NCBI GenBank assembly: GCA_002503055.1
Contig: DAQX01000008.1
Coordinates: forward strand, 459-64,458
Reading direction: 5' to 3'
DNA length: 64,000 nucleotides
Source of the DNA: Euryarchaeota archaeon UBA86
GTDB lineage: Archaea > Thermoplasmatota > Poseidoniia > Poseidoniales > Thalassarchaeaceae
Notes under the pieces: generated by a model
Told to the model about the DNA's origin: nothing
The model's database searches: none
The model's input: the letters and a program-made list of their open reading frames with translations, nothing else
Shown: piece after piece, positions 28,326 through 38,138 of the stretch
Position numbering within the stretch: position 1 is the stretch's first letter
How the letters are laid out: each line of letters opens with the position of its first letter
Position numbers and translations under genes: made by a program

Positions 28326-31079
28326 TTGTCCGGCAAGAAGAAGGTCGAGGGTTATCGTCAGCAGAGCGGTAAACTTCCCTTCCCACGCCCCGGTTCGGGA
28401 GGAAGTCGCAGAACCAGTGAGCCTCGAGACGAAGAGGCAATTGCCGCTTCAAAGGCGGCTGATGGGCATCGTCACGATGATCTGATTACTGGCTCTACCA
28501 TTGGCAAGCCAACTGGCTTGATCGATAGTCGTTGGAAGGTCACCGGCCAAGCTCAGTATGGTGACGATATCCGACTACCGGGTGAATTGATTGGTAGAAT
28601 TGTTAGGTCGACGCGTCACTATGCCAGAGTCCTGTCAATCGATGCCTCGGCAGCCTTGGAACTCCCAGGGGTGGTTGCTATAGCAACCGGAGAAGATGCT
28701 CCAGCTAGATTTGGTGTCCTGCCAGTAACCAAGGACGAGCATGCTATGGCCGTAGAGAAGGCTCGTCATGTCGGTGACCCAATCGCTTGTGTGGCAGCTG
28801 TGGATGAAGATACTGCCAGGGAGGCCGTTCGTCTAATCGAGATAGAGTACGAGGATCTTGATGCGATTCACGATATGCGAAAAGGGCTCGAGGATTCTCC
28901 GGAACCAATTCATGACCGTGGAGACTACCATATAGGGTCCTCGAATGTTCAGAAACGAGTTTTCCAAGAGTTTGGAGACATCGGAGGGATGACTGAGAAT
29001 GCGATTGCTAGCCATACCTCTGATTGGCTCTTCGCTGGTGCAAATCACGGCTTCACTGAACCACATGCCGTCGTCGCCAATTGGGATCCATCTGGCAGGT
29101 TGACCCTATACACTCCTCAGCAAGTTCCACATTATGTTCACAGAGCCCTAGCTGATGTACTGGAAACACCGATGCATCAAATCAATGTCTTCAGGACATT
29201 CGTTGGCGGGGGATTCGGCGGTAAGTCCGATCCGTTTCCGCATGAGATGTGTGCCGCTATCTTATCTCGCAAGGCAGGTAGACCGGTCAGAATCAACTTC
29301 GATCGTGAAGAGGTGTTCTGGGTAAATCGGGGCCGGCATCCTTCTCGTATAGAGATGAATCTACACGCTGACTCTCAGGGCAGAATCTGTGGCATAGAGA
29401 CTGATGCTCTAATCGACGGTGGGGCATTTGCCTCCTTTGGTCATGTTACTACTTACTACAACGGAGTCCTACATACAGCTCCTTACGAAATCGGAGCGTT
29501 CCATTACACGGGTGCCAGAGTGTGGACGAACAAACCGGCCAGTGGGGCGATGAGGGGCCACGGAGCTGTGAACTCAAGGTGTGCGGTTGAAGTTGGAATG
29601 GATGATTTGGCTGAAAAATTAGGCGTGGATCCCATTACACTCAGACTGGCTAATCTTCTCCCCCCTCATTCTGCTACAATCACTGGATTCAGGGTCACAA
29701 GTATAGGGATGAGAGAATGTCTGGAGAGGGTCAAGGAGGCTTCGGGCTGGGATGAGAAGTTCCGCAAGTTGCCCGATGGCCATGGAATAGGGATAGGTTG
29801 TGGATTCTTCATCTCCGGCAGCGGGCTGCCTATTCACTGGGAGCCAAACAAGTTCCCTCACGCTACAGTCCATCTCAAGATAGACATGGATGGAGGAGTA
29901 ACCGTTCACACCGGGGCAGCAGATATCGGCCAGGGCTCAGATACCGTAGTTGCTCAATCGGTCGCCGAAGTTCTTGGGTTACCATTGGATATGATTCGAG
30001 TTCGTAGTCGAGAGACTGATACCTCTCCCGTCGACTTAGGCTCATATTCATCTCGTGTTACTTTCATGAATGCAAATGCTGCAATTTCGGCGGCTATGAA
30101 CATCCGAGAGAAGTTGCTTGAAGCCGCTTCCATAGTGACTGGTGTGTCATCTGACACGCTGGTCATTGGTGACAGGCGAATATATGACAAGAGAGACCCG
30201 GGAATCGGGATTTCTTATCTCGAAGCTTTACACAAGGCTCAGGAAGAGAAGGGTGCACTGGTCTCATCCGGGGCCTATCGCACCCCTCCAATGGGAAGAG
30301 TCCACAAGGGTGCTGGAGCAGGAATTGCCCCGGCATACTCGTTCTCAGCATATGTTGCCGAGGTCAAGGTAGATGCGGAAACAGGTCAAACAAAGGTGCT
30401 TAAGATCTGGGCAGCCCATGACTGTGGCAAGGCCCTGAATCCTCTATCCGTCAAAGGACAGATGATTGGCTCATGCCACATGGGCCTAGGGCAAGTCCTT
30501 AGTGAGGAAATGAAGTATGGGCGCAATGGACACCTGATGAATCCAGACCTGCTCGACTACAAGATTCCTAGCGTTCACGAGATGCCTGAGGTTGTGCCCA
30601 TAATCGTCGAGTCCAACGACTCAGAGGGTCCTTTCGGTGCTAAAGAGGCCGGAGAAGGTCCTCTTCTGCCAATACTCCCAGCCGTCTGTAACGCTGTATA
30701 TGATGCGATTGGGGTCAGAACTAGCGAGTTGCCAATCACCCCGGACAGAATGTATCGTCTAATCGAGAGAAGATGCAAGAAGGAGAGTGTTGAGCCTAGT
30801 GATCTCCATTCTCCTAGGCTCGAGCACTCTGAATTGCAAGGCGTCCTTGAGTCGCGGGCTGCCGAGCATGCTGCTAGAGATTCTGCCCGTGCATCAATGG
30901 AGGATGATTCTCCATATCATAACGGTGCTTTGTTTGGATTTGATCCGCTTGTTCCCGCAGATGAACAGGATGACAGATGGATTGTCAGCGTTACTCCAAG
31001 CGAGGAATATGTGGGCTCTCCGCGCTTGGCAGGAAGCGCTTGGAAGCATGCGGAGAGAAGGCACGGAGGTGGTATCTGA
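28326..31079 (+). CDS. Molybdenum hydroxylase large subunit (xanthine dehydrogenase/aldehyde oxidase family, molybdopterin-binding)
   Basis: RVTGQAQYGDDI N-terminal a/b-hammerhead start, GGGFGGK, GAMRGHGAV, TGAADIGQGSDT and GAKEAGEGPLLP motifs. There are extra N- and C-terminal extensions. TTG start directly after the small-subunit stop. Confidence 0.92.
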   Translation: MSGKKKVEGYRQQSGKLPFPRPGSGGSRRTSEPRDEEAIAASKAADGHRHDDLITGSTIGKPTGLIDSRWKVTGQAQYGDDIRLPGELIGRIVRSTRHYARVLSIDASAALELPGVVAIATGEDAPARFGVLPVTKDEHAMAVEKARHVGDPIACVAAVDEDTAREAVRLIEIEYEDLDAIHDMRKGLEDSPEPIHDRGDYHIGSSNVQKRVFQEFGDIGGMTENAIASHTSDWLFAGANHGFTEPHAVVANWDPSGRLTLYTPQQVPHYVHRALADVLETPMHQINVFRTFVGGGFGGKSDPFPHEMCAAILSRKAGRPVRINFDREEVFWVNRGRHPSRIEMNLHADSQGRICGIETDALIDGGAFASFGHVTTYYNGVLHTAPYEIGAFHYTGARVWTNKPASGAMRGHGAVNSRCAVEVGMDDLAEKLGVDPITLRLANLLPPHSATITGFRVTSIGMRECLERVKEASGWDEKFRKLPDGHGIGIGCGFFISGSGLPIHWEPNKFPHATVHLKIDMDGGVTVHTGAADIGQGSDTVVAQSVAEVLGLPLDMIRVRSRETDTSPVDLGSYSSRVTFMNANAAISAAMNIREKLLEAASIVTGVSSDTLVIGDRRIYDKRDPGIGISYLEALHKAQEEKGALVSSGAYRTPPMGRVHKGAGAGIAPAYSFSAYVAEVKVDAETGQTKVLKIWAAHDCGKALNPLSVKGQMIGSCHMGLGQVLSEEMKYGRNGHLMNPDLLDYKIPSVHEMPEVVPIIVESNDSEGPFGAKEAGEGPLLPILPAVCNAVYDAIGVRTSELPITPDRMYRLIERRCKKESVEPSDLHSPRLEHSELQGVLESRAAEHAARDSARASMEDDSPYHNGALFGFDPLVPADEQDDRWIVSVTPSEEYVGSPRLAGSAWKHAERRHGGGI

Positions 31080-32062
31080 TGCGTATGCCTCCGTTCAATC
31101 TACACACTCCGGAGACATTGGAGCAAGCAATATCGCTATCAAGTGAGTTGGGAGATTCGGGAGAAGAGTTTGACTGGGTCGCAGGTGGCACCGACTTGCT
31201 TCCAAACTACAAATGGCATCTCAATGTAAAGCCTCATGTGATTTCCTTAGCGAAAGTCTCTGAGTTGTCTAAGTTATCAGAAACTCACATCGGGGCAATG
31301 GTCAGGCTACATGAATTAGAGGATTCTGACGGAGTTCATCCTCTGCTATCCAAGGTGGCTGCGATGGTCGCTAGTGTGATGATTAGACGCTCGGGGACAG
31401 TAGGTGGAAACATCTGTCTCGATACTCGCTGCTTCTGGTTCAATCAAACAGAAGAATGGCGCGAGTCGATTGATTGGTGCTACAAGTGCGACTGTGGAAC
31501 TGGTGCGGACTGTCGGGTAATACCGAATCAGAATACCCTATGCGTTGCCACATACCAAGCAGATCTTGCTCCAGTACTAATGTGCCTAGGGGCGACTATT
31601 CATCTCGCAGGGCCTTCTGGTGCTAGATCGATGCCACTACACGAGTTCTTTGAGTTAGACGGGAAAACAAGGAATGTTCTGAAGACAGGAGAGTTGGTCA
31701 CTCACCTAACTTTGCCAGATGACTCCGGCGAATGGATGGGTGACTATCAGAAACTGCGCCAGAGAGACTCGTGGGACTTCCCAGAAGCGGGAGTTGCAGT
31801 GGCTTGGAAACTTGGCGAAGGAGGAGCTCCTGCCGAGCTCAGAGTCGCTACCACGGGATTAGAGTCGATTCCAGGATATCACGATGAAGAGGCTGCAACA
31901 ATACTTGGAGACTGGAAAGGTCGGGCTAGCCTCGAGGATTTGGCGGAGTCTGTTCGTACAGCAGTTAAGCCTGTGTTGAATACCTGGTATCCTCCATCCT
32001 ACAGACGCAAGATGGTCAAGGTCTTAACAAAACGCGCCGGAAGCGGACTAACGGAAGTCTAG
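31079..32062 (+). CDS. Molybdenum hydroxylase medium subunit, FAD-binding (CoxM-like)
   Basis: FNLHTPETLEQAISL...WVAGGTDLLPNYK and GTVGGNI motifs. The ATG overlaps the large-subunit TGA. The ORF-track start at 30977 is an in-gene extension. Confidence 0.88.
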   Translation: MRMPPFNLHTPETLEQAISLSSELGDSGEEFDWVAGGTDLLPNYKWHLNVKPHVISLAKVSELSKLSETHIGAMVRLHELEDSDGVHPLLSKVAAMVASVMIRRSGTVGGNICLDTRCFWFNQTEEWRESIDWCYKCDCGTGADCRVIPNQNTLCVATYQADLAPVLMCLGATIHLAGPSGARSMPLHEFFELDGKTRNVLKTGELVTHLTLPDDSGEWMGDYQKLRQRDSWDFPEAGVAVAWKLGEGGAPAELRVATTGLESIPGYHDEEAATILGDWKGRASLEDLAESVRTAVKPVLNTWYPPSYRRKMVKVLTKRAGSGLTEV

Positions 32063-32063
32063 C

Positions 32064-33005
32064 ATGAATGGAAAACTCATCCTCTGTGTTTCGCTAATGA
32101 TTGTCTGCTCTTTGACTACAGTAAATGCGCAAATTGGATCATGGGAGATGGGCATAGAATACCCACAGGATAACGAGGATGTTCCATTCAATGTCAAACA
32201 GGATGGTACAGCATCCGTAGAATTCTTCGTCAGCAACGATGAATTAGTGGATATAGTAGTCGAATTTGAGTACGAAATTCCATTCGAAGGAGAGGCCAAT
32301 GGCCCAGAGTCGGAGACCATCGGATCAGGAGAGAATAAGACATTCACTATGTCAATCTCCGGGATTGATGTCTGGAGTTTTGCTGCTGACTCGAAAGAGG
32401 AGTTTACAATCAGAGCCAATATGGTCTCGAGAGCTGGTTTGCCTGTTGGACTCCCGGGCGAGAATAGAGAAGCATCTGGAGAGTTGCGTATACCAACTAT
32501 CTACTCCCTGGAGATTGATATCTCAGACCCAGTAGGCCCTATGAACGCAGGGTCCGATGCCATACTCAGAGTTAGTGTGGTGAACCGCGGTAATGTTCAG
32601 GACAAGGTGGGAGATATCGAAGTCACTGACAATTGTCCACTACTAACAACAGACAACGGCTTAGATTCATTGATGACGAAGAATATCCCCTCTGGCCAGA
32701 CAGTTGAGGCGGACCTAGTTGCAACCGCATCGGAGAGTCATCCTCGCAGAAACTGTAAGGTCGAGGTTTCAATCTCTTCCAACGGTGCGATGAACTCTGG
32801 AGAGGCATCGGTTGTGAGTGATGATACAACTCTCACGGTTGAGCCTCCTTTACAGAATGAGGAGGGTAATTCCGGAAGTAATGAAGATGGAGATTCGGAG
32901 AGCGTAACTGAGGTAGTCAGCACTAGTCTTCCTTCGTTAGGTTTTGTCCATATTGTTGCAACTCTGGCAGTTGCTGCAGGGTACTCTAGACAGCGTTCTA
33001 ACTGA
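32064..33005 (+). CDS. Secreted cell-surface protein with CARDB-like domain and PGF-CTERM-like C-terminal anchor
   Basis: Signal peptide, a CARDB-like stretch (NAGSDAILRVSVVNRGNVQDKVGDIEV), a Ser/Glu/Asp-rich linker, and a terminal LPSLGFVHIVATLAVAAGYSRQRSN. Confidence 0.5.
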   Translation: MNGKLILCVSLMIVCSLTTVNAQIGSWEMGIEYPQDNEDVPFNVKQDGTASVEFFVSNDELVDIVVEFEYEIPFEGEANGPESETIGSGENKTFTMSISGIDVWSFAADSKEEFTIRANMVSRAGLPVGLPGENREASGELRIPTIYSLEIDISDPVGPMNAGSDAILRVSVVNRGNVQDKVGDIEVTDNCPLLTTDNGLDSLMTKNIPSGQTVEADLVATASESHPRRNCKVEVSISSNGAMNSGEASVVSDDTTLTVEPPLQNEEGNSGSNEDGDSESVTEVVSTSLPSLGFVHIVATLAVAAGYSRQRSN

Positions 33006-33171
33006 CTGTTATTTTCATTCCTGATTGGAGTGCCTGAGCGGGTGCAAAATTAGCACCGGGGGTACTCGATAACATGCTGGAGCGTAAACTTCTCTCAGCA
33101 ATCTATAACTGTGGAATTATACTCCCGCAAGCACCGTAGGTGCTGCCTTGCAGCAATAAAATCAGAAACAG

Positions 33172-34770
33172 GTGTTCACAATGGCTGAAGAAGGCGAAGG
33201 CGGTTTCGAATTCAGTACCTACATCATTGGAGCAATTGCCATAACAATCGTGATGCTCCTTCTCCTTCCAATGCTGTTCGTAATTGGCAAGTCCACAGCC
33301 TATTCGGCATATGAGCAAGAAGAATTGTATCAGATCTCAGACATGAGGGAATCTCTGGGCTCAGATGGAGAGGGTTACTTCATCGCAAACACCATGTCGA
33401 CCCCCATGTTGGTCAACGATTGGAAGGATCCTCACAGGACCATGTTACTCGTCATTGCCCCAGAGAAGCCAATTGATGAAACAGAGGCAGATGCAATCTA
33501 CGACTTTGTCACACAGAAGGGCGGTAAAGTGATTGTAGCCGCTGATGGAACTAATGCCAACCGATTAGCTGCCAAATTCGGAGTTACCTACTTTGGATTC
33601 CCTCTACAAGATGAGAATCAGCATTACCTCGAGTATGATCAGGATAATGTTCCATACTATCCGTCATGGCTCAATGTTTGGAGTGTGGCTGCAGTTTCAG
33701 AAGATGTGAATGATATGCAGGCCGGAGCCGCAAACCGGGGCTGCAGCGAATTCCAGATTATCAACAAGAATCCTAGTTCTTGCAGGATGCCAATAATGTT
33801 CCGTTCTCCGACTGGTATGAAATTTGAGCCTTCGGAAAGAGACACAACTCACCCCAATGAAAGGGATGTTAGTATTCTTGCCACGGCATCTTCTTCCGCC
33901 TTCATCGATTTAGAAGGAGATGGTGACGCGAGCAATCCAAAGAACCCTGCTCCGGGAGATCTGTCGCTAATCATTCGCTTGGACTACCACAACATCAGCG
34001 CATACGACCAAGTCAGAGAAGGTCAGTCTAGTATCGGTGGAGATGTCGGTGAGTTGGGAGTCACTGGTAGTATTGTGTTCGTGGCAGATGAGGAGGCTTT
34101 CTCAAACAGACTGTGGACTCTTGGAGAGGCAACTGGTGGCGAGCGGCGCCTTAGTGAGAGTTGTGAGGGTGTAGTTGGAAGTTGCTGGATGCAAGATGTT
34201 CACGACAACAACATGTGGCTTGGCAACGAAGTATACTACAACCTGCTTATTCATTCAATGATGGAACATGACAACATCCAACTCTCTGGTGAAATCAGAC
34301 TTGACAATTCTAACTTCCAAGTGGTCTTCGATGAAAGTCGGCATATTACAGGTGTCGTTTCGGCCCCATTTGTAGAGAGTATGGGTACTGTAGTTCTGCT
34401 CACCTCAAACAACTTCCTGAAGTGGTTAGTCGTACTCAATGTAGGTCTACTTCTGCTGGTCGCTATGATGGTAGTACCACAGAAAGAGAATTGGAGGCAT
34501 GTTTTTGATTTGACAAAATTCAATCAACGGCCAAACAAACTCGACCCCGGTACCTATCGTTTACGTGTCAAGCAGGCGCTGATTACCAAAATCAGAGTGC
34601 ACCATGATTTGACCAGAGATGAGATGGCATCTAAACAACCATCAGAGGTCCAAGCCATGATTGGAGACCCAAGGCTCGTAGAGCTAGTTTACAGCGAGAG
34701 CAAGACATATTCCCCCCAAGAGCTGCGCAAGATGATGCAAGCGATCAGACGATGGGGGAAGAGAAATTAA
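33172..34770 (+). CDS. Hypothetical bitopic membrane protein, first gene of the MoxR/DUF58 operon (DUF4350-like by context)
   Basis: N- and C-proximal TM helices flank a large extracytoplasmic domain. It sits directly upstream of MoxR. The family guess rests on context only. Confidence 0.45.
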   Translation: MFTMAEEGEGGFEFSTYIIGAIAITIVMLLLLPMLFVIGKSTAYSAYEQEELYQISDMRESLGSDGEGYFIANTMSTPMLVNDWKDPHRTMLLVIAPEKPIDETEADAIYDFVTQKGGKVIVAADGTNANRLAAKFGVTYFGFPLQDENQHYLEYDQDNVPYYPSWLNVWSVAAVSEDVNDMQAGAANRGCSEFQIINKNPSSCRMPIMFRSPTGMKFEPSERDTTHPNERDVSILATASSSAFIDLEGDGDASNPKNPAPGDLSLIIRLDYHNISAYDQVREGQSSIGGDVGELGVTGSIVFVADEEAFSNRLWTLGEATGGERRLSESCEGVVGSCWMQDVHDNNMWLGNEVYYNLLIHSMMEHDNIQLSGEIRLDNSNFQVVFDESRHITGVVSAPFVESMGTVVLLTSNNFLKWLVVLNVGLLLLVAMMVVPQKENWRHVFDLTKFNQRPNKLDPGTYRLRVKQALITKIRVHHDLTRDEMASKQPSEVQAMIGDPRLVELVYSESKTYSPQELRKMMQAIRRWGKRN

Positions 34771-34789
34771 AAATTGGAGAGAAGATAGA

Positions 34790-35842
34790 ATGAATGCAAC
34801 ACCACCAGCCAAGAAAGATGAGAGTCCGCCCGACGATGTCGAGGCGGGTTACGCGAAGAAGGCGGAAGCCGCTCGCGGAAAGAAAAAGATGAGTGAGAAG
34901 CTGACAGCGGTAGGGGCCATCTCCAGTGCGATTAGCACTGAGGTACAGAAGGTCATTATCGGTAAGTCACATGTAATTGACAATGTTCTAGTAAACATCA
35001 TGTCGAACGGCAACCTGCTGTTCGAGGATTATCCAGGACTTGCGAAGACATTGATGACTAACACCTTCGCTGATGCACTAGGATGCGACTTCAAGCGTGT
35101 CCAGTTCACTCCCGATCTGCTACCTGCAGATATTACGGGAACTAACATCTACGATGCCAAAAAGGGAGAGTTCAGCTTCAAGCCTGGGCCGATCTTCTGC
35201 AATCTACTACTTTCTGACGAGATTAACAGAGCACCCCCGAAGACACAGGCCGCACTACTGGAGGCCATGCAGGAGAAGCAAGTGACTGTAGGTGTGGTTA
35301 CCCACGTACTACCAGCACCGTTCCTGACCATGGCTACTCAGAACCCTGTGGAGCAAGAGGGTACCTACCCGCTACCTGAGGCTCAACTTGACCGTTTCAT
35401 GTTCAAGATGAGTGTCGGATACCCAGACCGCGCAGACGAGGTCGAGATTCTGAACCGAAGAATCGAGCGTAAGAAGGACGAGGTCGAAGTCGAAGTCATT
35501 ACTGACCCAGCTAGAGTGGTTGCAATGCAGCAGGCTATCGAGGATGTCTATGTAGACCCTGCAGTTAGACTTTACATGGTCGAAATCGTTGCGAAGACCC
35601 GCGAAGATCCAAGAGTCCTAGTCGGTTCCTCCCCAAGAGGTTCTCAGGCTCTGCTAAAGACCGGAAGGTCGGCAGCAGCTATGCGAGGTCGTGACTTCGT
35701 TACTCCGGACGACATTAAATCCGTGGCAGAACTAGCGATTGCACACAGACTCATCCTGAAACCTGAGCACCAAATCAAGGGCCTGGAGACCGGTGAGGTC
35801 GTCCAAGACATCCTGAGACAGGTTCAGGTTCCTACGGTCTGA
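34790..35842 (+). CDS. MoxR-family AAA+ ATPase
   Basis: LFEDYPGLAKTLMTNTFADALG (Walker A variant typical of MoxR), FTPDLLPADITG, LLSDEINRAPPKTQAALLEAMQE, ATQNPVEQEGTYPLPEAQLDRF. Confidence 0.92.
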   Translation: MNATPPAKKDESPPDDVEAGYAKKAEAARGKKKMSEKLTAVGAISSAISTEVQKVIIGKSHVIDNVLVNIMSNGNLLFEDYPGLAKTLMTNTFADALGCDFKRVQFTPDLLPADITGTNIYDAKKGEFSFKPGPIFCNLLLSDEINRAPPKTQAALLEAMQEKQVTVGVVTHVLPAPFLTMATQNPVEQEGTYPLPEAQLDRFMFKMSVGYPDRADEVEILNRRIERKKDEVEVEVITDPARVVAMQQAIEDVYVDPAVRLYMVEIVAKTREDPRVLVGSSPRGSQALLKTGRSAAAMRGRDFVTPDDIKSVAELAIAHRLILKPEHQIKGLETGEVVQDILRQVQVPTV

Positions 35843-35874
35843 GATATTCGGGACTGCCGCTAGGAGGTGAGATA

Positions 35875-37194
35875 TTGGCATGGAGTAGAAAGTCTGCAAT
35901 GTTCGCAGCCTTGGCCATAGCCTTGTACCTCCTAGGGCTGGTGCTCCGAAACTCACAACTCGTAACCGTAGCCGTGGTACTGCTCTCGTTCCTAACTTGG
36001 GCAGCCTTCCGGACGACTCATGCCGATGTAGCATCAACCGGCAGGAGGATGGAAGAGCCCGATTCGGACGAGGGTATTCAACTGCACAGCATAACTGCGA
36101 TGAGGAAGATTTCGTCTGCTCGAATTTTCGAGGACGGTGAAATCGATGTCACACTGAGAATTCAGAACCGCTCAAATCTCTCCAAGGTTCTGGAGGTCAG
36201 AGACAGAGTTCCCGATGTTATGCGCATTAAGAAGGGTGCCAACTATGTCCTGATGGAATTAGGCCCCAAGCGAGAAACCGAAATTTCGTATACTATCGAG
36301 ACCCCTCTGAGAGGTTTCTACACAATAGGTCCGGTATGCATCCGCGTTCAGGATCCATTCGGACTATTTCACAACGAGCGTGAGTTGAACCTGTACGATG
36401 ATTTCCTCGTCTTCCCGAAGATGGAGGACATAAAGGATGCAATGATCAAGAGTAGGGTGCCAAAAATCTTCACTGGTGCCGTGAACATACGCAATCCCGG
36501 TGAAGGTTCTAATTTCTACAATCTAAGAGAGTATGTTCCAGGAGACCCAATGAAGAAGGTCAACTGGAATGCTACGGCTAGAGCTGCTGGAAAGATGATG
36601 GTTAACGAGTATGAGAGGGATGCGGTAAGTGACATCATCTTGATTGTAGACAGTAGGGGGATTTCAGAAACTGGCCCGGTAAGTCGTAATTCTCTGGTCT
36701 ACAGTACTAGAGCTGCGGCAAGCCTGTCCCAGTACTTCCTATCGCGTAGAGATTCTGTGGGTTTGGTTACCTACGGTGATGAGATTGTGTCAGTCGACAG
36801 AGACACTGGAAAGAAGCAACTATTCGTGCTTCTGACCAAACTTGCAGGTGCAATGGCCAAGGGGAATACTCCTCTGAAGATTGTAACAGACCGAATCATG
36901 CCTCATATCAATAGAGGAAGTCCTGTCATCATACTAAGTCCACTGGAGGACGATCCTACTATTGTCAACGCAGTCAGAGATTTGCGCTCGAGGAATTTCG
37001 ATGTGACGATTCTCTCACCTAGTAGTCTTGAGTTCGAATTCGATGCCAGGAGACTGGACAGAACAGGATACGAGGTCCTCAAGACTGAGCGTGATATACT
37101 ACTCAGTGAGTTGCGAGGTCTTGGTGCATTCGTAATGGATTGGGAGCCCGATATGTTACTCAATACTGCACTTGCAGGAGCAAGAGGATTCTAG
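35875..37194 (+). CDS. DUF58-domain protein (vWA-like, MoxR partner)
   Basis: LREYVPGDPMKKVNWNATARAGKMMVNEYERD is the DUF58 signature. N-terminal TM pair. Confidence 0.88.
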   Translation: MAWSRKSAMFAALAIALYLLGLVLRNSQLVTVAVVLLSFLTWAAFRTTHADVASTGRRMEEPDSDEGIQLHSITAMRKISSARIFEDGEIDVTLRIQNRSNLSKVLEVRDRVPDVMRIKKGANYVLMELGPKRETEISYTIETPLRGFYTIGPVCIRVQDPFGLFHNERELNLYDDFLVFPKMEDIKDAMIKSRVPKIFTGAVNIRNPGEGSNFYNLREYVPGDPMKKVNWNATARAAGKMMVNEYERDAVSDIILIVDSRGISETGPVSRNSLVYSTRAAASLSQYFLSRRDSVGLVTYGDEIVSVDRDTGKKQLFVLLTKLAGAMAKGNTPLKIVTDRIMPHINRGSPVIILSPLEDDPTIVNAVRDLRSRNFDVTILSPSSLEFEFDARRLDRTGYEVLKTERDILLSELRGLGAFVMDWEPDMLLNTALAGARGF

Positions 37195-37205
37195 GAGTTG
37201 TTTGA

Positions 37206-38138
37206 ATGGCTGATGATGTTCAAAATGAAGAAGGCGGCGACACATCCCATCTGTACGAAGGAAAGACTGTTCGCTCGTCTGCACCTAGCAGGAAGAAGGC
37301 AGCAGGACGTCTTAAGTCAAGTACTGAGATCCCCAAGGACGCTATTCCTGAAGTTCATGTTCCAACTGTTATCGAGTCATTCTTTGGAGGTCCGATTGTC
37401 AGCAATACCAAATTCCTACCTCCAGACAGGATGGTCTCCAGTTTGCAACAGTTAGCCGCCGTCGCTCTGATAATGCTTGGATTCCTTACCTTCATGGTCA
37501 CTCCAGTAAGTGGAACAGCTTGGTTCTCTTTGGCAAATACCCTGGGCATGCCCGCATTGGGAGGAATTATCCATCTGATTCTGATGATTGGTGGCCTGAT
37601 TGCTGGTCTCTATGGAATTACGCAAAGAGATCAGAGGGCCATTATCGCTTCATATGGTATGCTGATTATAGTGACTCTGAGGTTTGCAGGAAGCAAGGTC
37701 GACTTCGGTCTTGACCTACTTCCCGAGGAGGAAATTTACCAGAAACTGCTGCTGCTTCTCTATGCTGTCTTCTTAGTAATGTACATTGAATTGACAAGCG
37801 GAATTATCAGATTCTCGATGCTCGATACATCAATCAGGACTGGAGAGGTCTATGTGATGCAGGTCAATAAAATCACCAACAAGTACTACAGGTCGCTCAT
37901 GATTACTCCAGCAATTGCTGGTTTGGTTGCTTTGCTGACTCTATTGATCAACCTGATTATTCCAGCTATTGTGGGCCTGTTTGATGAGGTATCTGCTCAT
38001 CGACTACGAGAAAGTGTAGAGTTGACTAGCGTTTACGGAGTCGCCCTGGGTACCGTGATGGTATTCACAATAATTGCTGCTATGTTCGCAATCAACCTGC
38101 CTCTGAGAATACAACAGATGCAGGAGAAGAACGCCTGA
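37206..38138 (+). CDS. Hypothetical polytopic membrane protein (last gene of the MoxR operon)
   Basis: 310 aa with at least 5 hydrophobic helices. No recognisable motif. Confidence 0.45.
   Translation: MADDVQNEEGGDTSHLYEGKTVRSSAPSRKKAAGRLKSSTEIPKDAIPEVHVPTVIESFFGGPIVSNTKFLPPDRMVSSLQQLAAVALIMLGFLTFMVTPVSGTAWFSLANTLGMPALGGIIHLILMIGGLIAGLYGITQRDQRAIIASYGMLIIVTLRFAGSKVDFGLDLLPEEEIYQKLLLLLYAVFLVMYIELTSGIIRFSMLDTSIRTGEVYVMQVNKITNKYYRSLMITPAIAGLVALLTLLINLIIPAIVGLFDEVSAHRLRESVELTSVYGVALGTVMVFTIIAAMFAINLPLRIQQMQEKNA

Noticed and set aside
27750-32062. Calling the three-subunit enzyme aerobic CO dehydrogenase (coxSLM)
   Set aside because: The large subunit lacks the CODH active-site loop signature. 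Only the generic xanthine dehydrogenase/aldehyde oxidase family assignment is supported.
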